Virus record (IMG/VR): IMGVR_UViG_3300029177_000001
Coordinates: 26,630-90,629 of that record
Reading direction: 5' to 3' (one strand)
Origin: a virus
DNA: 64,000 nt
In this document: piece by piece, positions 58,250-64,000 of the stretch
Position numbering within the stretch: the first letter of the stretch is position 1
Layout of the letters: every line of letters begins with the position of its first letter
Made by a program: the position numbers and the translations under genes
The notes under the pieces: generated by a model
What the model was told of the DNA's origin: nothing
Databases searched by the model: none
The model's input: only the letters and a program-made list of their open reading frames with translations

Positions 58250-58803
58250 TGGCAATTATAATCTTCGGTAAAACAGCAAGTGGAAAGAGTAGGATTGTTG
58301 ATGAACTTGTAAAACAAGGATACAAGAAAATTGTAACGACAACAACAAGACCGGCAAGAAAAGGTGAAATTGATGGAGTTGATTACAATTTTATTTCCGA
58401 AGAGGAGTTTGAACAACTTATTAATACACGATATTTTGCGGAATGGAAGAAATACGACACCGTAGAAGGTGTTTGGTATTATGGTTCTCCTTTAGATGAA
58501 ATATCAAGAGTGGACAATAAATCGATCGTAATTCTGACTCCAGATGGATATAGAGACATTAAAGATGAATTGGATGATCATATTGCTATTTATATATATG
58601 CAAACAATAAAACAATTAGAAGCAGACTATCTAAACGTGGAGACAAGAAAGAAGAGGCTGATCGTAGAATTAAACAGGATAACAAAGATTTTAAAGATGC
58701 TGAATTTCTAGCGGATAGAATTTTTTACAATAATGAAGACAAGGATATCAGTGATCTAGTAGATGAAATTTGTAAATACTTAAAAACGAGAGAGGATGAA
58801 TAA
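58249..58803 (+). CDS. (d)NMP kinase (guanylate-kinase-like P-loop)
   Basis: P-loop GKTASGKS; TTTTRPAR (GMPK-like TTRxPR). Confidence 0.55.
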   Translation: MAIIIFGKTASGKSRIVDELVKQGYKKIVTTTTRPARKGEIDGVDYNFISEEEFEQLINTRYFAEWKKYDTVEGVWYYGSPLDEISRVDNKSIVILTPDGYRDIKDELDDHIAIYIYANNKTIRSRLSKRGDKKEEADRRIKQDNKDFKDAEFLADRIFYNNEDKDISDLVDEICKYLKTREDE

Positions 58804-59007
58804 ATAAATTGATCAGAACGAGTGGCATGTTGATGAGAGAGTTGGGAATGTATCCTGACGATTTCATCACAGTTAGATTAGGAGAAGAAGAATATGTAAT
58901 TGATAGTATTGGACACACGAAAACACATGGAAACATCGATGACATCTCTCACTTATGTTTAAACGTGAGAGATGGAGGAAGTGGATTTATTAGGAGGTAA
59001 AGTAAGT

Positions 59008-59292
59008 ATGGATTTTAATCAACTTGGAACAGTGATTTTTGCAATTGGGACAACAATGTGGATTCCAATCTGGTCATTGTTTGAAGGTGTTGCAAAATGT
59101 ATTCGTGCATTCAAAGGTACAGATGTGACTATGGAAGGGTTTAGAAGCAATAAAAGTCATGAATGGTCTGATTCTGATGGTGAAGAAGATTTGGGAGAAG
59201 ACGAACCAAAAGAAGTGAATAATACAATGGAGCAGAAAACAAAAAGAACCAGACCTACAACGAAGACAACAAAAGATAGTTCTCAGAAGTAA
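59008..59292 (+). CDS. small membrane protein with acidic/basic tail
   Basis: RBS AGGAGGTAAAG before ATG 59008; TM helix GTVIFAIGTTMWIPIW. Confidence 0.4.
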   Translation: MDFNQLGTVIFAIGTTMWIPIWSLFEGVAKCIRAFKGTDVTMEGFRSNKSHEWSDSDGEEDLGEDEPKEVNNTMEQKTKRTRPTTKTTKDSSQK

Positions 59293-59310
59293 GAAAGGAT
59301 GATGTATTTG

Positions 59311-61482
59311 ATGAAAGTAATTAAAAGAGATTGTACTGTGGCAGAATTTGAAAAGAAAAAAATTTACGATGCTATTATGAAGTCGATGAAAAACGGGAGC
59401 GGAATTATTAAACCCAAAATCGCAGAATCGATTGCAGATGAAATTTATGAAGAGAATAAGGATAGACAGGATATTAGTATTTCTGAAATTGAGATGTCTG
59501 TGTATGATAAGCTAATTACTAAAAAACAGCGATTGACGGCTAAGGCTTATGAAGGATATCGATGTGTCAGAGAATTTCAGAGAGAAAATATGAATACAAC
59601 AGATGAACAAATTTCAGAACTTTTAAGCGGATCAAGTGATTACTGGAATAACGAGAACTCGAATAAAAATCCTAAATTGCTCACAACTCAGAGAGATTAC
59701 ATGGCAGGAATTTTAAGCACTGATATTACAAGAAGATTTCTACTTCCTCCAGAAATTGTACAAGCTCATGATGAAGGAATGATTCATTTTCATGATGCGG
59801 ATTATTACGCACAGAACGCAATTTCAAACTGTTGTTTAATCAATCTTGAAGATATGTTGCAAAACGGAACATGTATTAACAAAGTGACAATTGATAAGCC
59901 ACATAGACTAATTACCGCAACAACAATTGCTACACAAATTATAACTGCCGTTACATCTTCACAATATGGCGGAGCAACAATCACATTAACACATTTGGCT
60001 CCATTTGTAAGAGATAGCTTCAATATCTATATGGAGAAATATAAAAATAGAGGACTGTCTTATCAGCAGTGTCTTGAATTTTCAAGAGAAGATATTAAAA
60101 AAGAAATTGCGGATTCAGTACAGACTTTTAATTATCAGGTGAATTCTATGACGACAACGAATGGACAATCTCCATTCCTGTCAGTATTTATGTATCTTGG
60201 AGAAACTGAAGAATACAAAGAAGAGCTTGCAATGCTTATTGAAGAATTCTTAAAACAAAGAATTCAAGGATTGAAAAATGAAGAGGGCGTATATGTTACA
60301 CAGGCATTCCCAAAATTATTGTATGTATTAGAGCCATGCAATATTGATAAAGACGGAAGTTACTTCTATTTGACAAAATTGGCAGCAGAATGTACAGCTA
60401 AGAGAATGGTTCCTGATTATATTTCTGAAAAAGTTATGCTTGAAAATAAGATTGATAAAAATGGCAACGGAAATGTGTATGGCTGCATGGGTTGTCGCAG
60501 CTTTCTTACTCCATACATTAGCAAGACTGGAAAATCGCAGTATTATGGTCGATTTAACCAAGGTGTTGTTACATTAAACTTAGTAGATATCGCACTCTCA
60601 TCTGGAGGAGATATCGATTCATTTTGGACAATTTTTGATGAAAGATCAGAATTATGTCATAAGGCATTGAAACTTAGACACGAGAGACTTGAAGGAACTT
60701 TGTCTGATGTCGCTCCTGTTTTATATCAGGACGGAGCGTTTGCAAGGCTAAAAAAAGGAGAAAAGATTGACGAACTTTTGCATGACGGGTATTCAACAAT
60801 TTCACTTGGATATGCAGGTTTATATGAATGCGTAAAATATATGACAGGCAATTCTCATACAGATGAAGATATTGGAACATCATTTGGTTTAGAGGTTATG
60901 AAGAGACTTAATGATAAATGCAATGAATGGAAAGAAAAAGAAAATATTGATTACAGCTTATATGGAAGTCCAATTGAATCAACCACGTATAAATTTGCTA
61001 AATGTTTAAAGAAACGATTTGGCGTGATCGATGGAATTACGGATAGAGACTACATTACAAATTCATACCATGTGCCAGTATTTGAAGAAATTGATCCATT
61101 TAAAAAACTAGAACTTGAAAGCAAGTTCCAAAAACTGAGTCCCGGTGGTGCAATTAGCTATGTTGAATGTGCAGATTTAACCCAAAATACAGAAGTAGTG
61201 ATTGAGATCATGAAATTTATTTATGAGCATATTATGTATGCAGAGTTAAATACAAAATCTGATTATTGTCAGGAATGTGGGTATAATGGAGAGATTAAAA
61301 TTATTGATGAAGATGGTGAACTGATCTGGGAGTGCCCAAATTGCGGTAATAGAAACAAAGATAAAATGAATGTGACAAGAAGAACATGTGGATATATTGG
61401 TACGAACTTCTGGAATCAAGGAAGAACGGAAGAAATTAAAGAACGATATGTTCATGTAGACGATCATGAAGCGGAGGTATAA
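59311..61482 (+). CDS. nrdD: anaerobic ribonucleoside-triphosphate reductase NrdD
   Basis: ATP-cone N-terminus (VIKRDC...F), C-terminal zinc ribbon CQECG...CPNCG and glycyl-radical motif RRTCGYIG. Confidence 0.85.
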   Translation: MKVIKRDCTVAEFEKKKIYDAIMKSMKNGSGIIKPKIAESIADEIYEENKDRQDISISEIEMSVYDKLITKKQRLTAKAYEGYRCVREFQRENMNTTDEQISELLSGSSDYWNNENSNKNPKLLTTQRDYMAGILSTDITRRFLLPPEIVQAHDEGMIHFHDADYYAQNAISNCCLINLEDMLQNGTCINKVTIDKPHRLITATTIATQIITAVTSSQYGGATITLTHLAPFVRDSFNIYMEKYKNRGLSYQQCLEFSREDIKKEIADSVQTFNYQVNSMTTTNGQSPFLSVFMYLGETEEYKEELAMLIEEFLKQRIQGLKNEEGVYVTQAFPKLLYVLEPCNIDKDGSYFYLTKLAAECTAKRMVPDYISEKVMLENKIDKNGNGNVYGCMGCRSFLTPYISKTGKSQYYGRFNQGVVTLNLVDIALSSGGDIDSFWTIFDERSELCHKALKLRHERLEGTLSDVAPVLYQDGAFARLKKGEKIDELLHDGYSTISLGYAGLYECVKYMTGNSHTDEDIGTSFGLEVMKRLNDKCNEWKEKENIDYSLYGSPIESTTYKFAKCLKKRFGVIDGITDRDYITNSYHVPVFEEIDPFKKLELESKFQKLSPGGAISYVECADLTQNTEVVIEIMKFIYEHIMYAELNTKSDYCQECGYNGEIKIIDEDGELIWECPNCGNRNKDKMNVTRRTCGYIGTNFWNQGRTEEIKERYVHVDDHEAEV

Positions 61483-61485
61483 ATA

Positions 61486-62127
61486 GTGAGATATGCATCA
61501 ATAAGGAAGCTTGACATTTCCAACGGAGAGGGTATTGGTGCATCTCTCTTCGTTCAAGGATGTCATTTTCATTGCAAGAATTGTTTTAACAAGGATACGT
61601 GGGATTTTGATGGTGGAAAAGAGTGGACAAAAGATGTTAAGAAAAAATTTATGCAATTAACGGAATCGTCATACATAAAAAGAATTAGCATTCTCGGAGG
61701 AGAACCACTCGCAAATGAAAATCTTAAAGATGTTTTTGAATTGATTACAGACTTACGGTCAAAGTATCCAATAAAAAGAAAAATATGTACAATATATAGT
61801 TGTGGAAACAATTATGAACACAATATATTGACAAGAAATTCGGATGAAATTCGTCTTTCATATCCAGAAAAAACAATCTGGTTATATACAGGATACACAT
61901 GGGAACAGATTATGTATCCGGTTGTTACAGACGATTTTAATCCAGAACGAGATAAACTTGTAAAAATGCGACAAGATATCGTAAGGCAATGTGATGTTCT
62001 CGTAGACGGAAGATATGAAGAAGACAAACGTGATGTTACTTATCACTGGGCTGGCAGCACAAATCAAAGAGTAATTGATATAAGAAGAACATTAGAACAA
62101 GGAAGTGTGGTTCTATGGGAGAGTTAG
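61486..62127 (+). CDS. nrdG: anaerobic RNR-activating radical-SAM protein NrdG
   Basis: GVGASLFVQGCHFHCKNCFN (CxxxCxxC); GTG start right after nrdD. Confidence 0.8.
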   Translation: MRYASIRKLDISNGEGIGASLFVQGCHFHCKNCFNKDTWDFDGGKEWTKDVKKKFMQLTESSYIKRISILGGEPLANENLKDVFELITDLRSKYPIKRKICTIYSCGNNYEHNILTRNSDEIRLSYPEKTIWLYTGYTWEQIMYPVVTDDFNPERDKLVKMRQDIVRQCDVLVDGRYEEDKRDVTYHWAGSTNQRVIDIRRTLEQGSVVLWES

Positions 62128-62387
62128 TAAAAGTAAAAGATATTTTATATTACGCAAGAATTATTCCTACGGTTGGCATATTTGATGTATGCCAACTAAC
62201 AATAAGAACAGTAAAAGAAGATTATTTTGTTGGATGCGACAAAGTAGACAAACATGCTTATCTATTTAGTTATTCTGATTTGGAAGAGATTGTGTTTCAC
62301 GATCGTAAACAAGCGTTAGATAAAGTTCTTGTTGCAGAGAATAATAAAAAGAAAATAAATAATGAAGTATTTTACGAGGAGTATTGA
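62115..62387 (+). CDS. hypothetical protein
   Basis: overlaps nrdG end. Confidence 0.4.
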   Translation: MGELVKVKDILYYARIIPTVGIFDVCQLTIRTVKEDYFVGCDKVDKHAYLFSYSDLEEIVFHDRKQALDKVLVAENNKKKINNEVFYEEY

Positions 62388-62388
62388 A

Positions 62389-62517
62389 ATGGGTGTATTT
62401 ATAGGATTTATGGTTGGATTTTTTATTGGAGTAGTCGCCAGTTTGTTTGCGATTTCTTTATGTGTTGCCTCAGATGAGAGAGAGAATTTTTATGATGAAG
62501 AGGACGGTGATAAATAA
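62389..62517 (+). CDS. small TM peptide (42 aa)
   Basis: RBS GAGGAGTATTGAA; MGVFIGFMVGFFIGVVASLFAISL then acidic tail. Confidence 0.35.
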   Translation: MGVFIGFMVGFFIGVVASLFAISLCVASDERENFYDEEDGDK

Positions 62518-63147
62518 TTGTCATACTTGATGAGATATAAAGGCACATATAGGTTAAAAGTGCCGTATGACTTGCGAAATAATCAGTATGGAAGAAAGCT
62601 GAATGGAACATTAGAAGACATTGATGTTTATATAGATTGTCAGCATGGTAATAAAGTTTTCCATTATGGAAGATCAATATTACAAGCGTATATTCCATCA
62701 CTAATTCGTGGTCATAACGTTCTGAAGAAACTTACAGATTTATATGGACAAGATATTGTATCAGATATAGAAGAAAGTGATTCGGAAGTGTTATTTAGAT
62801 TTAATGCAAGAGATATCAAAAAAATAATTCCATTATTAAAACCTAGAACAAATGGTTCTGGCATTAGCCCTTTTAGCAGTAAAAATCTACCTAAAACAAA
62901 GTATATTATTCCAGACGAAGATTTTGCTATGTATAAAAATATCATCAAAAACATACCTCAAAAAGAAGTTTTAGGTATAAGTCATATGACAAATGATTTT
63001 GTCAAAAGTATCTCTACAAAAAATAATACTTATGAAAATATAAAAAATGACATGATTGCCAAAGGTCTAAAAGGGAAAGAATATATTCACAGCATTGGAA
63101 AATGGAATGAGTATATTGGATTTTTACGAGATAAATTAAAGGAGTAA
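62518..63147 (+). CDS. hypothetical protein
   Basis: 209-aa ORF (TTG start; alternative ATG 62530). Confidence 0.45.
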   Translation: MSYLMRYKGTYRLKVPYDLRNNQYGRKLNGTLEDIDVYIDCQHGNKVFHYGRSILQAYIPSLIRGHNVLKKLTDLYGQDIVSDIEESDSEVLFRFNARDIKKIIPLLKPRTNGSGISPFSSKNLPKTKYIIPDEDFAMYKNIIKNIPQKEVLGISHMTNDFVKSISTKNNTYENIKNDMIAKGLKGKEYIHSIGKWNEYIGFLRDKLKE

Positions 63148-63153
63148 TGGATT

Positions 63154-63486
63154 ATGAAGCAGCTTAAATTACATAGGCAATGTACACATGATAAGTTAAT
63201 CAATTTTGGATTTAGGAAGTGCGGCTTAAATTATAAGTTGTTTCGTCCTCTATATGAGAACAAGTCAAAGACAGTAATTGCTGCAGAATTTCTTGTCTCA
63301 TCTTTAGACAACTATGTTGGATATGATGTCATAGATGTATGTGGTGACACATTGTATACGGCATTTTACGACAAAGAATATACAAACGAAGAGAAAAACG
63401 ATGTCTATAGAACAGTATACACAAGACTATCTGACATTATGGATGAAATGGTAAAAGCAAAAATTATTAGAAAGAGAGTGATTTAA
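63154..63486 (+). CDS. hypothetical protein
   Basis: RBS AAAGGAGTAATGG. Confidence 0.4.
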   Translation: MKQLKLHRQCTHDKLINFGFRKCGLNYKLFRPLYENKSKTVIAAEFLVSSLDNYVGYDVIDVCGDTLYTAFYDKEYTNEEKNDVYRTVYTRLSDIMDEMVKAKIIRKRVI

Positions 63487-63489
63487 TTT

Positions 63490-63996
63490 ATGAGAAAAAT
63501 AGCAGTTTTTAGAAAAGTAAGTGAAGAACAATTCGTAGGTGATTGTTCAAATGCATTTGGAGATGATAATATTTTAGACATACGAAAAAAATATAAAGAA
63601 ATAAATCTGCCAAAACGTAGCACAAGATTTAGCGCAGGACATGACATCTGTACTCCATTTGATGTGAAACTTTGTCCAGGTGAAAAGTTAATGATACCAA
63701 CTGGAATTAGATGTGAAATGAGTGAAGAATATGTTATGTTGATTTTTCCACGCAGTAGTCTTGGAATTAAAAAAGGAATGACTATTTCAAATACAGTTCC
63801 TGTTGTGGACGCAGATTATTTCTTTGCGGATAATGAGGGACATATTTTTATTAGTATTAAAAATAATGGAAATGATGTTTTGGAATTGAGATCAGGAGAA
63901 AAAATTGTACAGGCTGTATTTGTTCCATTCGGTGTTGCAGATGAAGAAGAAATCACAACTGAACGTACTGGCGGTATTGGCTCAACAGGAAAGTAG
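63490..63996 (+). CDS. dut: dUTPase (dUTP diphosphatase)
   Basis: motif 3 RSSLGIKKG and C-terminal motif 5 RTGGIGSTGK. Confidence 0.75.
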   Translation: MRKIAVFRKVSEEQFVGDCSNAFGDDNILDIRKKYKEINLPKRSTRFSAGHDICTPFDVKLCPGEKLMIPTGIRCEMSEEYVMLIFPRSSLGIKKGMTISNTVPVVDADYFFADNEGHIFISIKNNGNDVLELRSGEKIVQAVFVPFGVADEEEITTERTGGIGSTGK

Positions 63997-64000
63997 GTAG

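Noticed and set aside
1349-62701. Numerous minus-strand ORFs of 60-130 aa in the six-frame track (e.g. 1973-2398, 4531-4923, 23765-24076, 55614-55991, 56757-57101)
   Set aside because: All lie antisense inside + strand genes with clear domain matches, lack RBSs and have low-complexity (S/L/F/I-rich) translations typical of AT-rich antisense frames.
1-64000. CRISPR array or integrase/attachment sites
   Set aside because: No regularly spaced direct repeats were seen. No tyrosine or serine recombinase motif was recognised in any ORF in this window.

Overview
AT-rich (~33% GC), gene-dense window. Almost every gene is on the + strand, with short or overlapping (ATGA-type) junctions and many small Cys-rich (zinc-ribbon) ORFs. 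This is the early/replication and nucleotide-metabolism region of a large Firmicutes-type dsDNA phage or prophage; the gene set and MTase type suggest an SPbeta-like lineage. Recognisable content: (i) a complete diversity-generating retroelement (target gene with C-terminal VR, Avd, TR, DGR reverse transcriptase) at 3.1-5.7 kb, with textbook adenine-specific VR/TR differences. (ii) A DNA replication module: DnaE-type Pol III alpha, DnaB-like helicase, DnaG-like primase, RecD-like SF1 helicase, PD-(D/E)XK nuclease, AAA ATPase, NAD-dependent ligase LigA. (iii) dNTP metabolism: anaerobic RNR NrdD/NrdG, FolD, ThyX-like, dNMP kinase, dUTPase. (iv) An apparent phage tRNA-repair toolkit in two clusters: Thg1-like 3'-5' polymerase plus metallophosphoesterase, and Pol-beta NTase, CCA-adding enzyme and DHH/NrnA phosphoesterase. 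(v) Two sigma-70-family factors. (vi) An SPR/SPbeta-type multispecific cytosine-C5 DNA methyltransferase that appears circularly permuted (motif I at the C-terminus) and carries a zinc-ribbon insertion. (vii) A decayed ATP-dependent DNA ligase relic. (viii) A DUF262/ParB-like protein. (ix) A single minus-strand small hydrophobic ORF with an SD-sequestering hairpin, resembling a type I toxin. (x) Several conserved non-coding elements: a duplicated hairpin plus 27-nt motif, palindromes upstream of the MTase, and a tRNA-like sequence. All coordinates were derived by manual reading of the sequence and the ORF track; no database searches were possible.
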